A stretch of DNA of 64,000 nucleotides from Cyanophora paradoxa CCMP329. Lineage: Eukaryota; Plantae; Glaucophyta. Below, piece after piece: positions 13,543 through 26,700 of the stretch; the stretch's first letter is position 1; each line of letters opens with the position of its first letter. Location of the stretch: positions 124,001-188,000 of the forward strand of contig QPMI01000709.1 of the NCBI GenBank assembly GCA_004431415.1. Direction: 5' to 3'. Below the pieces are notes generated by a model that was given only the letters and a program-made list of their open reading frames with translations, was not told the DNA's origin and did not search any database. The position numbers were made by a program, and so were the translations under genes.

Positions 13543-14363
13543 ATGCAGATCTTCGGTTCGCAAGCTAGCTTTGCGTAGAGTGTAGCTTTTGCGCGCGCCG
13601 GTACTGACGCTGCCACCCCTTTCGATCTCGCTGCACAGTCAAGACCCTCACGGGTGCGCTGCTGCTCTGCCCGTCATAGCGCTAGAGAGAGCGCGAATCG
13701 CGCATGAACCGCAGGTAAGACGATCACGCTCGAGGTCGAGGCCTCGGACACGATCGAGAACGTGAAGGCCAAGATCCAGGACAAGGAGGGTTCGTGTGTC
13801 GCCGCGGTCGCCCCGCGCGCGTCTCACGCGCCCCTAGGCATCCCCCCGGACCAGCAGCGCCTCATCTTCGCCGGCAAGCAGCTCGAGGATGGCCGCACTC
13901 TCTCGGACTACAACATTCAGAAGGGTTCGTGTGCGCCCCGCGCTGCCGCGCATGCCGTGCACTGACCAATCGCTGCAGAGTCCACCCTCCACCTGGTCCT
14001 GCGCCTGCGTGGTGGTGTGATCGAGCCGTCGCTCATGGCGCTCGCCCGCAAGTACAACTGCGAGAAGATGATCTGCCGCAAGTGCGCCGCTGCCTCCGCC
14101 GAACCCGCGCCTCGCATCCCGCTCACGTTCGCATGCGTTCAGGTGCTACGCGCGCCTGCACCCGCGTGCGCACAACTGCCGCAAGAAGAAGGTCCGGATC
14201 GTTTGCCCCGCACCGCCACGCCACGATGAGCTGCTGAAACCGGAGGCGTACAGTGCGGGCACACCAACCAGCTCCGCCCGAAGAAGAAGGTGCGAGGTGT
14301 CAAGTACACCTTGTTCCTAACCGTGCTCTTATCGCTCCTTTTCCTCTCTCGCAGCTCAAGTAA
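13543..14363 (+). CDS. UBA52: Ubiquitin-ribosomal protein eL40 fusion; 7 CDS introns plus a 5'UTR intron
   Basis: [18 protein letters not shown]...LRLRGG followed by [52 protein letters not shown]. Confidence 0.98.
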
Positions 14364-14581
14364 ATACTTGCTGCCCATTCGGGCAGGGGGTCACTGTTGT
14401 TGGCCCCGAGTTGTTTGTCGCCGAAGCGCCGGTCCATCTGCTTCGTCTCCGCGCGCCGCCGGGCACTTGGGGGATGTGCTTTTGGGGATCAGCGTGAAGA
14501 GGGGAGGGGGCATGGACTTCGCCATCGCGAGTTCTTCATGATATATATTGCAGGTTTTAAAGAAGGGGCCGACTAGACCAG

Positions 14582-17197
14582 CTATGGCTTGCCAGTGCTC
14601 GAGAACGCCGCGGCCCGCGCGCTCCAGAAGCGATTGCAGTCCAGCCGCAGGAGGAACTGAGTGAGATGAGGGGATGAGGTGAGGTCTTGGACGCCTGTTG
14701 CCAAATGAGCGAGAGCAACTCCGCCGAGTGGTTCATCACACCTTGAAGCACGCGGAGGAGAAGGCATACGTGCCACTCGAAATTCTTCGTTAATTGAGAA
14801 AGCTGGGGGGCGTCGAGGGTGCTTGTGTCGCGGAAGACTAAGGTGCACATTGCGGCAAATTTCCGGCACATCTAGAAAACAAATCAGGGCAAGAAACAAA
14901 ACAACGCCATGCATGTCGAACCTCCAGAATTGTTGTTAGGCTGCGCAAGATAACATCCGCCTTCTGCACTCAACATCAGTTCTCGAACATCATGTATAAC
15001 AAGAGAGAGAGCTGGCTACCTTGTTCAGGAAACACTGTGACAGGAGCGTGGTCAAGTACTCATCATGCGCCCTAACGACAGCCTCGAAATCATCGGCCTC
15101 TGTGATCTTCTTCTGGAGAATGGCATATTGAGCCTCGATAACATCGACCTACATGAACAGAGAGTGAGATCAAGTGTTCAACTAGGTTTTCACGTATGCA
15201 GAGCACCTGCATGTAGTACTGTAGGTTGTCAACAACGAAAGACATTTCATGCCGAAGCTTGATGACAGGAACCAATAGAGACACATCTTTCCGCGAAAGG
15301 CCCTTAGCAGCTGTCATCTGTACAGGCCAGGTCTTCTCTAGGTCGATCTGGACGCGTTTTACGGCGAATAGAAATTTGAAAAGTGTGTTGTATCTGCATG
15401 TCAAACCGTCACGCGCTTCAGAATAACACAATCACGAAACAGCAGCACATACCTTTCAAGGGTGTCCTGGTTGAAAACTATGTGCAGAGGCCACTCAAGG
15501 TTGTAACCAAGGCCGAGCCCTTTCCACTGGTCGATCGCGAGGCACTTCGTTCCTGTTTTGGCTGGAGTGCAGGTTACTCGCACCTGAGACGACAAACATG
15601 AAGACAAAACGCACATGGAACGCTCTGGTAGTTAACGAACAGGTTTAAAAACAATGGATCCTCTTCTGCAGAGCTCTTTGATGACGAGTGCTGGAAAACG
15701 GCACGTATATCTGACGCTCTTTTCAAAGACAGTAGGGAATCTCTGTTCAGACGTGCATACCGAATTCTACAGGAGACGCCATGTCCAGCTTGAGCAGTAG
15801 CTGATTTAGGTCCTCGATGAAAGCCTGGTAAAAATCACCCCTAGCAAGCAGGAAGTAGTCTTTGTGGGCCTGAAGAAACTTCAGCGTTGAACGACAGCCT
15901 GTTATGGAATAGAAGAAACGAACCTTCAGGTGCCGCAGCAGATGGGCCTCATCAACAACTAGCTCACGAAGACGCTGAGCAACAACAGACCGAATGCGCT
16001 CTACAGCCTTCTCTAGGAGAAGGCTGCTGAATGGTGAAGCTTTCTGCAATTCGATGAGAACATCCTCGAATTCCCGGAGGACGTGTGCAGGGAGAGCATC
16101 TGCGCCGTTTCAGGTTCGAAATCATGGGGAGCCGTAGTTATTTCCACCACCAACCTTCTCTCGAATATGTTTGGTCGTGGAGTACTCGAACCGCCTTGCC
16201 AACGAAAAGAATCTTCTCCGCAGTCTGGATAGAGATATAGGGAGGAAGGAGACTGAGACGAAGGACACACTGAGAGTTCCTGTGGGGAGTGAGACTTATG
16301 CAGGAGTCGTGTAAAATATTTCCATACCATGCTCGACTGCCAGCAGCTGTGGTGGGCTGGCTGCCTTGCGGTCCCTGCTGTGAGGGGGTTAAACTCTTAA
16401 TGACACAAGAAACAAGGCATTCTTGCCGGAGAGGGGCCATCGCTCTGAGGCTGTGGTTCTTGCACGAAGAATTCTCCATGCTTATCAATGAGGAGTCCGT
16501 GCATCATCCAGCTTCCCATAAACTTGAAAAGAACTTGATGGCAGTGGAACTGAAGCCTGGGGACCCAGAATAAGCACGCGGAATCTTTAGATCATCCTTC
16601 TGGACTGTCATCCGCAGACCTCCGCATTGCTGCCTCGACAACTGCATTCCCCGAATTGCAATGTGAATGCAGGGCAGAGAGCACTCGAGCTCCGTCGTCC
16701 CCATCGCGAGTGACCTGCATGACAAGAGAATGCAGCGCTGGCAGTAGTGCATCGAACTGCGGGCCAGCTCAGCGATATATACCTCTAGCGAACGAGCTGG
16801 GCGCCTACCTCGTAGACGGCGTGTTGAAGGTGCGAAAACGAGAGCGCCGGGTCGTGCAGCACCCTCTGCTCGAAGGCAAGAAGCGTTGCGCGGTAGGAGT
16901 CGAGGACGTCGTCCAAGCCAATGGCCAGCGCTCGGACGTACAGTCCTGCAGGGATTCTGAGCGCTGACACGAGGATCTGGGAGGCCGCGGCGCACCATCC
17001 GAAGGAGAGAGCGCCCGCGTACGCTGACAGATGAATGCGTCTAGGTCAGCGTAGTACGCTCCGAGCACCGCGAAACGTCGAAGCTGCTCCCGCTCGGACT
17101 CCTGCAGGTACGGAAAGTCCCCCAGCGGCGCGTTGCGCGACGCCCGGACGACGTCACCGCTCTTGCCGACCAATGCGAACAGAACCTCGGCAAGCAT
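14582..17197 (-). CDS. TUBGCP4: Gamma-tubulin complex component 4
   Basis: MLAEVLFALVG, GLYVRALAIGLD.VL..YR, AEKILFVGKAV, KDYFLLARGDFYQAFIE, LRHEMSFVVDNLQYYMQVDVIE, LLLRLD.N. Confidence 0.9.
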
Positions 17198-17834
17198 CTT
17201 CGCGCGCGCTCTCCTCGATCTCAGAACGGGCGCACGCAGCCGCCCGTAGGCGCTGCTATAGTGAACCCTGGCACGCGCAGCGGCGCAGGGTGCAGGTAGA
17301 CGCTACAATCTGATCTAGGTTTCGCGGTGACTCGCTCCGGGCGCACGAGCCTCGGAGCTCGCGCCGCGGTCTGCTTGTTGTGGCGCCAACTGATCAGGCG
17401 GCAGCTTGAAGCGGTTGCTGGTACGCTAGCACCGCGCGTTTCCGTCTGGCTGCTGCACTGCCTGGGAAGCGCTGCTGAAGCGCTGCAGCTGGCTGTTGTT
17501 GCTCTACCTCGCCACGGAGGACCGGTGCCGAAAAAAAAGGCCGGTTTCAAATTTGAGGCAAGCTTCTAAACCATTTGCCCCGATCGATCTGACCAGGGCT
17601 GTCCTGTGCACGTGCATTCTCCCACGACGCCATGTTGTATGCCTTCGAATCCCTTCCGTGAGATTCAAGTCCGATGCCGCTCGAGGCCCGAACCGCCTGG
17701 ATGGGCCACGAACGACAACCGCGAACAACGTGCAAAAAGCGACGTGGGCGAGCCCGCTTGAATAGTCGCGGTAAAACTTGTGCACAAGCTCCGCTATCGA
17801 CAAGGGACTCTTAACTACAAATCGATGTGAATAC

Positions 17835-19165
17835 TTATGCGTCGTTGCCCTCCTTCTCCTCGGCCTTCAGTTCGCTCTCCTGCATATCGGAAGTCCAGAG
17901 GGTCAGGTTGTCCCTGAGGAGCTGCATGATGAGGGTGGAGTCCTGCGAGACGGCGGGTTGAGTTGCGAGGGGGGCGATAGAATCTACGATGAGAACCCGC
18001 GGCACCTTGTAGGACTCGTCGCTGAGCGAGTCGAGCTCCGCAATCGCGTCGTCGAACGCCTGCTTGGCGAGCTGGCACGCGCGGTCCTGGAGTCGCGGTC
18101 AGTCATACGGCCCATCCATCTCAGGACGGGCCCCGGGACGCACGGGCTGGTTCAGGATCTCGTAGTAGAACACAGAGAAGTTGAGCGCAAGGCCAAGCCG
18201 GATCGGGTGGGTAGGGGGCAGCTCGGTGGACGCCACGTCGCTCGCCTTCTTGTACGACTCGAGCGAGTCATCCGCGGCCTTCTGGCGCTCAGACGCAGCC
18301 TGGAACTCAGCAAGGTACCTAAAAACCAGTAAGTCCCTTTCCGAGTTGGACTGGGGGGCCCAAGCACCGGTGGTAGTCGCCCTTCATCTTGTAGTAGAAC
18401 ACTTTCGACTCGCCAGTTGCGGCGTGGGGGATGAGGTGCTCAACGAGCAGAGCAAGAATGTCACGGCAGATGGACGCCAGCTCCTGCGCCAGCTGGTCAA
18501 ACACCAGGGCCGAGGCCACGCACCCTCGCCGCTGCTCACCTGCTCGACCTTGATGCGGTACTCCTGCGAACACGGAGATCAGGCAGATTGTGTGAAACGA
18601 AGATCATGAACTGCGCATGCAAACCTTAATGCGCGGGACGTGCTTCGCGCCGCCCTTCGCCTCCTCCTTCTGCTCGATGGACGAAATGACGCGCCACGAC
18701 GCACGGCGAGAGCCGACGATGTTCTTGTACGCGACCGAGAGAAGGTTGCGCTCCTCGACGGTGAGCTCGACGTCTAGCGACGCGACCTTCTTCATTGCCT
18801 CGACCATCTGGCGCCAAAAGGTGAGTCGGGCCATTTCGGGGTTGCCAAAGCTGGAGGCGGCACACACCTCGTCATAGCGCTCGGCCTATGCACGAAAAGC
18901 GAGCGATGCACGAGGGGAGTCGCAGGACACGCAGTCAGTATAGAAGCTTCAAAAAAATTCGGCCGGGGCGCCACGAGGGCAGGGTCCGGCCGAACGGGTC
19001 CGGCGTACCTGCTCAGCAAGCTTCGCCAGGTAAACTGCGTGTACGAGGAGAGCGGACGCGGGTGAGGTGAGACCGAAATCCGAACGGCGGGCACCACAGC
19101 GCCCCCCACGAGGCCCACAAAGAAGCATTTGACTCACCAGAGTCCTCCCGCGCGGCGTCGGCCAT
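17835..19165 (-). CDS. 14-3-3 protein
   Basis: YLAKLAEQ|AERYDE|[74 protein letters not shown]. Confidence 0.98.
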
Positions 19166-19269
19166 GTTTGCTGTGTGTCGGAAGCTGTGGTTTCACTACG
19201 AACTCGCCTAAATCCTGTACCTCGACTTCCGACCCCCCTGCCTCGGGGTACACAAAGAGGGAACAAAAA

Positions 19270-20988
19270 ATGGTGAGCGATCGCGCCGTCTGTGGCCTTG
19301 CGCTGCGCGAGCGGCGCTTTGGGATCTGCTGTAGAAGGCGCCAGCGTCTTCGCTTCCCTTGCGCCTCCTAGATTTCGCCGAGGCGATCCGGACCATCCCC
19401 GCCGCGCCCTGCCTGCCTTACCGAAGCGACTCCTTCCTTCGATAGATGTCTCACATTCTTCGCAGGCATCCAGGCCGACAGTGACCGTGTGGGGTGCGGA
19501 CAATGCCGAGAAGGCGGGGCAGGTGCCTGCGCCACCCTCCGACCTTCTTGCGCACTCGCGCTGAGCCTTACATGCGCAGTTGACCCTGCCCGCCGTCCTC
19601 GTGGCGCCGATCCGCCCGGACGTCGTGCAGTGCGCCGCCCGCTCGCGCCGCCGCCGCCACTTCGCACCGAACGCCGCCCCCCCTCGCGCAGCTTCGTGCA
19701 CACCAGCATGGCAAAGAACAAGCGCCAGGCTTACGCCGTGTCCGAGGCCGCTGGCCACCAGACTTCGGCTGAGTCGTGGGGCACTGGCCGCGCCGTGTCT
19801 CGTATCCCGCGTGTCCCGGGCGGCGGCACGCACCGCGCCGGCCAGGGTGCCTTCGGCAACATGTGCCGTGGCGGTCGCATGTACGCCCCGACCAAGATCT
19901 GGCGCCGGTGGCACCGCAAGATCAACCAGAACCAGCGCCGCTACGCCACCGCCAGCGCGCTCGCCGCCTCGGCTGTCCCGGCGCTCGTTATGGCCCGCGG
20001 CCACAAGATCGATGAGATCCCCGAGGTGCCCCTCGTCGTCGGCAACGGCATCGAGAGCATCACCAAGACCAAGAACGCTGTGGCCCTGCTCCAGCGCTTC
20101 AAGGCCTACGCTGATGTCGAGCGCGTGAAGTCGAGCCGCAAGGTCCGCCGTGGCAAGGGCAAGCTCCGCAACCGCCGCCACGTCCAGCGCCGCGGCCCCC
20201 TCGTCGTCTACAACAAGAACAACGGCATCGTCAAGGCTTTCCGGTCAGTCCCGCCCGCCCGGTGAGTAGGTCGTGAGGTGCTTCTCAATCTTTCCTTTCA
20301 GCAACATCCCCGGCGTCGAGCTCTGCAAGGTCGACCGCCTCAACCTCCTCCAGCTCGCCCCCGGTGGCCACCTCGGCCGCCTCATCATCTGGAGCCAGGG
20401 CGCGTTCGAGCGTCTTGATGCCCTGTACGGCACTTTCCGCAAGGCCGCGTCCCTCAAGAACGGCTACCGGTTTGCTCGCCTGCCCGACTTCCGGATTGTG
20501 GGCGGGCGCCCATCTGACAGCGCTCACAGCCTGCCGCGCCCGATGATGTCGAACCCCGACCTCGCCCGCATCATCAACTCCGACGAGATCCAGAGCGTCG
20601 TCCGCCCGTCGATCAAGCAGAAGAAGTACCACGCGCGCAAGAAGAACGGCCTCCGCAACCTCGGCGTGATGCTCAAGCTCAACCCGTACGCCAAGGTGAC
20701 TCTCCCCTCGGACTCCTTTCTATTGCCCCTCGCTTTGCTCACTTTTTTCACGCGCGCAGGCCGTTCGCCGCGTGGAGCTCCTCGCCCAGGAGGCGCGCGC
20801 CAAGAAGAAGGCCGCCATCCTCGAGCAGAAGCGCAAGGGTGTCCCGACCGCCAACAACGCGGCCAACAAGACGAAGAAGCTCCGCCAGAAGGTCGGCAAG
20901 GAGTTCTTCAAGGTGTGTTCAGGTTATCTCCTCGTTCGTGGCGTTTGGATCTCAATCCGTCATCTCACAGAACACCATGAGCGCGTAA
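19270..20988 (+). CDS. RPL4: 60S ribosomal protein L4 (uL4)
   Basis: [59 protein letters not shown]. First coding exon is ATG only. Confidence 0.98.
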
Positions 20989-21323
20989 ACGAGCGTCGCG
21001 GGAGGGCGCGCTCGCGAGCTGGAGTTCGTTCTCTCACATCACTCTCACTGTCGATGTTCCCTTCCCCCTGTGTGTGCTGTAAGGCCATCTGCATATCAAA
21101 TCGGAAAACAGTGCACTTTCAATGTGGCGGATTCAATCAGCCTGGTCACAAGGGGGAAGTCGTGCACCTCGATTGCCGAGGTTTTAACTACAGCTAGGGG
21201 TGGAATGGGTGTCACTGATGCGATGGGAGCGAGGCCTAGGGGTCCTAATAATTAATTTCTCCCGGACTTGGGATGAAAGTTCAGTGATTCAATGATTGTT
21301 CAAAACACGATACATTCTCTTGA

Positions 21324-23076
21324 CTACATGAGAACAAGGCCAATCTTCTCAGGCGGGATTTCCCTGCACTGCCAGTTGAAGAGCTGAGAAGACAGTAAGA
21401 TAAAGAACATTAAATACACATGAAGGGCAAAGCACTCACATAGTACTGGAGATTGCCATCGCCAACACCGAACTTGAGATTCTTAAAGATCTGGCCGTTG
21501 TCGAAGATATCAAGGGCGTTGAACACGTCGAAGTCGTTCTGATCGACAAATGATCAGCGAGCCACTGCAGCTCTCTCCAAGCAGCTTACCTGCTTTGCCA
21601 GGATCAAGGCATCTCGTACAAGCTCCTCGAGAGTGTGCTTTCCGGGGACATTGTAGAATGAATACGCTGCCTTCAGAGTCGGGTACTTGGTGTTTCCGAT
21701 GATTGTACTCGGGAGCACATAGAAGCTGACCATGTCAGTGACCTTCCCAGCTTCCTGCTCTAAATATCAGTGGTGTGTCCATGATCTCAAGGTGCAAAGC
21801 ACACCTCGACAACGTAGCAGTGGATGATGCCATCTCTGGGGATGAAATTGTGTGCAACCTCCTCCTCGGACCAATGCACCGCAAGCGACGAAGCCTTCAG
21901 GTGGTTGTTCAGCATCTGGTGCACAGCCTTGACATCCTTCGCCTCCATTGGACGAATGCCGGGAATGAGAGGAGCCTGACAGGGATTTTGAGCGGCGCAT
22001 CGCTACAAAAGCACTCAAAAATATACGAACCTCAGGAAGAGCGTAGAGCTTCTGGGTGCGCGCCATCGTCATCCGCGGCGCCAAACGGGAGAAGTTGACT
22101 TCGATCAGCTTCTTGGGGTTGAGGGACCGATGCCAGTAACGGCACTTGGACACGGGGGTAGGAAGCTGAACGCCTGTGTGGGGGTCACATAAAAGTTGGA
22201 GAAACAAGCCGTCGGAGTCGCAGCTACCGGCAGTGTAAACAGCCTGGAAGACGCCAGTGCGATTGACGCGCCGTGTGATCTCTCGGATGAGGACGGGTGC
22301 CAAGCGCTTGGAACGCAGCTTCTTGTGTACGCACAAAAAGTTGATCTCCACCATGCGAACCTCCCTGCAGCGGCGAGTCGGAGGACTTCCAAGCCAGCTC
22401 GATTCGGCCCGACGCACTTGTTGTACACGCGGACTTTCGCGGGCACGGCAGTAATGAAAGCCAGCAGCTTCTTGTTGGACGTTGCGCGCACGCCGGCGTG
22501 CCAGTCCCTCCGGAAGCCGGGCGGCTTGAGCGCCCTGTTTAGCGTTAGTGCAAGCCAAAGCGAGGGGCCGGCGCGCGAGCGTGCCATCGCAGGAACGGCA
22601 CCGAGTAGTCGAAGCGGAACATCGCGTCGTCATCCTCGACGTAGTTCTCGTTCAACAGCGTGTAAACCTCGCCGATCTGCGCGAAGTATGAAAAAAATAT
22701 TCAGATGTAACGCGTCGATCGCCGTGCAGCGGCGCACCTGAGTCTCGTCGTCGATATCGACGTCGACCCACTCGAACCCCTCCGGCAGCGGGTATGGGTC
22801 GGCGCGGATCTCGGTCTCCGGGTTCTTGTCGGGCTCAATCGGCCCGTTGGCCTCGCCTGCGCGACGGGGCATTGGCGACGCGTGCGGGCGTCTATCGGCG
22901 GATCGGCGCCGCATGCGCGCGCCTTCGCTCTCATCCGGCTTGTCGATCACTCCGACGGGCTGCGTCGACCAGAACTTGTGCGACGGCTGTCCAGGCTGAC
23001 TGCCAGACACCGATGCAGCCGCCACCTCGCGCACGAGCTGCTCCACCGCCGCGGCGTCCGGCTTCTTCTCGGCCAT
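21324..23076 (-). CDS. NMT: N-myristoyltransferase
   Basis: [59 protein letters not shown]|LFNW, KIGLVLM*. Confidence 0.97.
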
Positions 23077-23757
23077 CTTTGGGGTACAGGCACTCCCAAC
23101 CGAGCTCCTACTCGCCCGACTGGTACCATACGGCCGGCGGCGGCGCCGGCGGTACCGAACATCGAAAAGAGCCGGGCCGGGCGCAGTAGCCAGAGTTCCG
23201 AAGTTCGGAAAGTTTGCGCTGGGTTAATTTTCACTTGAAAGTTCTCTTGAAAACTTTCAGTTAATTTTAATTTCACCCCCTCAGGGCCTCCGGCAGCCTG
23301 CCGGCCCTTTGATCATGAAAATTCTCACTGAGTCTCACAGAGTCAGTTAATTTGCACTTGACCCCCCTTCCCACCCCACCCCACCATCTTTTACGGGCAA
23401 TGTCTATCAGCGATGGCTCGCGGCATTCCCTTCGGCAGCGCTTGAGCTCGACAAGCCTCGGAGCCTCGGAGCCTCGCCGAGTCGATATCGATAAATCTAG
23501 AGGACTTCATGATCACAGCCGCTGAGCTGCAGAGCCCGAGACTCATGAACTCAGAGTACTCGTCGGCCTGATAAAGAGACTCTGAGAGGAACATAGATGG
23601 GTGGGGGCTGGGTGGCCACACCGATTGCAATTTTTGCCTGGGCATTGCGATTTAGTTCCCGTTTAAGCACTTCCGGCCAGAAAATCTACGATCGATTTGA
23701 AACGCATAACAATGTAGACACCCCTAATCATGCAAAACCTGTATAGCCTACGCAGCC

Positions 23758-26700
23758 CTAACTAAACTGCCGACGGTTCTGGGCAGGTGAATACACCTGG
23801 CCTCCCTTCCTGCGAAGCATCTGGATCTCGGCTTTGAGGGCATCGATCTCGCGGGCCTGCAGCTTGACCAACTCCATAAGCCGCTGCCTCTCTGCATTCT
23901 CCTTCGATGCAGAGGGTGCGAACTCGGCCACCTGAGTGGAAACCGTGCAATCAGAAATTTAACAGGTCCCTGTGTGGCTGAGATGATTGTACCAGGGTGT
24001 TCTGTGTCGAGTTTAAGGCGCTCTCCAGCTTCGACTGCTTCTGGGAAAGCTCTGCCACCCGTTGGAGCAACTCCGTGTTCCTCCTGGTGACTTCCGCTAG
24101 CTGATCCGTCGCCTTTCGGACCTGAAGTGGAGTCAGGAATTGGTCAATGTAAAGGTACAACACTTCTCCACATGCCTTCGATTCCCAGAGCTCAAGTTCC
24201 GCTGCATTCTTCATCTCCTGGCGCTTGAGCTTCTCCTTCAGCTCCTCGGCTGTCCTGTTGACAGACATCCGCTCCAACTGCTCCAAGTCGATGACTTGGC
24301 CGAACTTGAGCATCTGTACATCGTAGGCCCTGGCTTCCAGCTCCGATATCTTTGCTTCTTTTGCCTTCTTACTCTTGGTGAGCTGGACGTGCTGCTTTCT
24401 AAGCTCCTTCTGTTGCCTGCGGAGTGCTTGCTTTTCCTGCACAGAGATCCATTTCGTCAGATCGAAGTAGGAACACAAAACCGGCAAGCTGAGTTGCCGA
24501 CCTCCTTCAGCTGACGAATCCTATCACGAAGTTGCTTGAGGCCAGCGTTGGTGAACACCAGGCATTGCGACAGGTCATCTGGCAAGTGGCCATCTAAAAG
24601 GCACTGAATTTGATGCATCTTGAGGGTAATCTGAGATGCTGGAATCAGAGGATGACAGTTGAAAGAAGCTCACTGCGCGCACCACGACGTGCAGCTCGTT
24701 CAGCTTGCGCTGCTTTTCAGTCTGGAAAGCCTGGATGTCATTCTCCACACCATGGAGACCCTGATCGATGAGCTTCTCCTTCTTGACCAAGGCCTCGTTC
24801 TCTTTCCGCAGGCCCTCAATGCTCTTCTGGAAGTCTGCCAAGAGCTCCTCGTGGTCCAGCCGGCGCTCACGAAGCTCGCAGACTTTGTCGTACAGGTGCT
24901 GGTCACAGCCGGGCGGGCATGCATCCTCCTCTTCACCACCACCGCCCTCCTCATCTGACATCTCCACATCCTCATCATCCTCGTATTCCTCATCCTCATC
25001 ATCGTAGTCCTCTGTTTTGGGGTTAGAACATTGCTCGCCTTTGAAAGGCACCACGAGCCGCACCATCCTCGCCATCCTCTCCCTCAGCCTTTTCCTTCTG
25101 CTTCTTCTTCAGGCGCTTGATCTTCTTCTTGAAGATCTTGAGCAACTGTTCGTAGAATTTGTTGTTCTCGCCAACAACCTGGTTGAATTCTGCAAGGATG
25201 GCCTTGTCCTTCTCGAGCAATGCTTCAATTTCTGTCTTCTTGACTGCAAGTCTGTCTTGGCACTCGGCGATCTGCAGAAAAGCTTGAGCCTTTGTGCTGT
25301 GGAGAGGCATAAACAGTGCACCTTTGCCACAATCTCGGCCTTCTCGAGACGCTTCGCCTCGAGCTTCTTCGCCAGAGTCGTGTCTTTCTTCTCAAACTCC
25401 TTCAGAAGTACCAACTCCTGGTACAGAAGCAGCATCTTCATGTCTGTTGTCTTGAGGTCTGCCTCGAGCTTGAACTTTTCCCTGCGCAGCTCGTCCAGTG
25501 CCTCGTCGAATGTCGCCACAGTCTTCTCAATCTTCTGGATGATGCATTCCTTCTCGAATTGAAGCCGGCGCTTGTACACGTATGCTTCTGCCTTCTCCAG
25601 CTCGGACAGATCCTCCTCCTCTGCCAGTGGCTTGGGGGCTGCAGCAGTCTCGGGGGGTGCCTGATCAAAGATTAGTTAGCAGAATCGCAATCAGACAGGA
25701 CAGAAGCAATTGGAAACCTGTTGTGTTTGGGGAGACCCGTCCTCATCACTCATCTCGTCCACAGCAGCATCATCACCACCACCGCCACTGCCACCACCAC
25801 CGCCACCAAATCCACCAAAGCCGCCACCCCCGCCTCCACCCTTCTTGGCAACCTCCTTTGCAGCGGCCTTTGCCTGCTTCTTCTCAAAACGGAGAAGGGT
25901 CTCCTTGTCATACTTGTCTCTGTTCTCGGGGAACTCGCATGGCTGCATCTGCGCTTCAAAAAGATCTTCTCGAAGCTGGAGGGTTGCGTTGATCTCCCGA
26001 ATCCGAGCATTGTCCTTGGCAATGTTCTCACAGATTCGCTTCTTCAGGTCACGCAGAGCCAGGAAACGTTCATTGAAGCCCTGCATAGCGATCTTGAGAA
26101 TCAGAAGAACAAACAAAAAAAGAATGAGAATACGGTACCATTTTGATGGAATGAATGGACTCCTCGAGCAGAATCATCTGCCGACGCTTCTTCTCTGCGT
26201 TTACTCGCTGGGACTCCGGCACAACGTAATCATCGTCAGTCTTGAGCTTGTAATCGCCCATATTCTTCTCTGCCCACGCAATCGCCGCCACATCAGCAGG
26301 ATCCTCGTACTTATCATCCGGCTGCAGAGAGCAAGAACATCAGCTTACAAGAGCAACAGTCCCGATCAAGAGCAACATTCCAAAAGCCATTTACATACCT
26401 TTGCAGCCATTAGCTCCTCCCATTCACGAGCACGTTTTTCCCGCTGCTGTTTCTTGGCCTCGGCCTTGCTAAGAGTGGCGTTCGTGATCTGACATAGATA
26501 ATCACATGACGATGAGGCTCAGCACTCAAGAAGAGCTCGTACTTTCTCCTCACTTTCGCCATCTGATGCATTGCCGTCTGCTGAAGGACCACCATGGGAT
26601 TCGCTCACTGCTGCATGGGCCTGTGCTCGGGCACCATCTGCCGCAAAGTAAGCAGAAGATCCTACGTTCATCATGCCAAGAAAAATCACCTTGGGGCATA

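Noticed and set aside
12934-13563. 209-aa ORF with repeated LISIQSLIYTMIA
   Set aside because: Translation of the non-coding tandem duplication.
19450-19460. ACA triplet near the end of RPL4 intron 1 as an H/ACA box
   Set aside because: It coincides with the CTCAC branch motif, and no H box is evident.
18949-20181. 410-aa minus-strand ORF
   Set aside because: Antisense to the strongly codon-biased RPL4.
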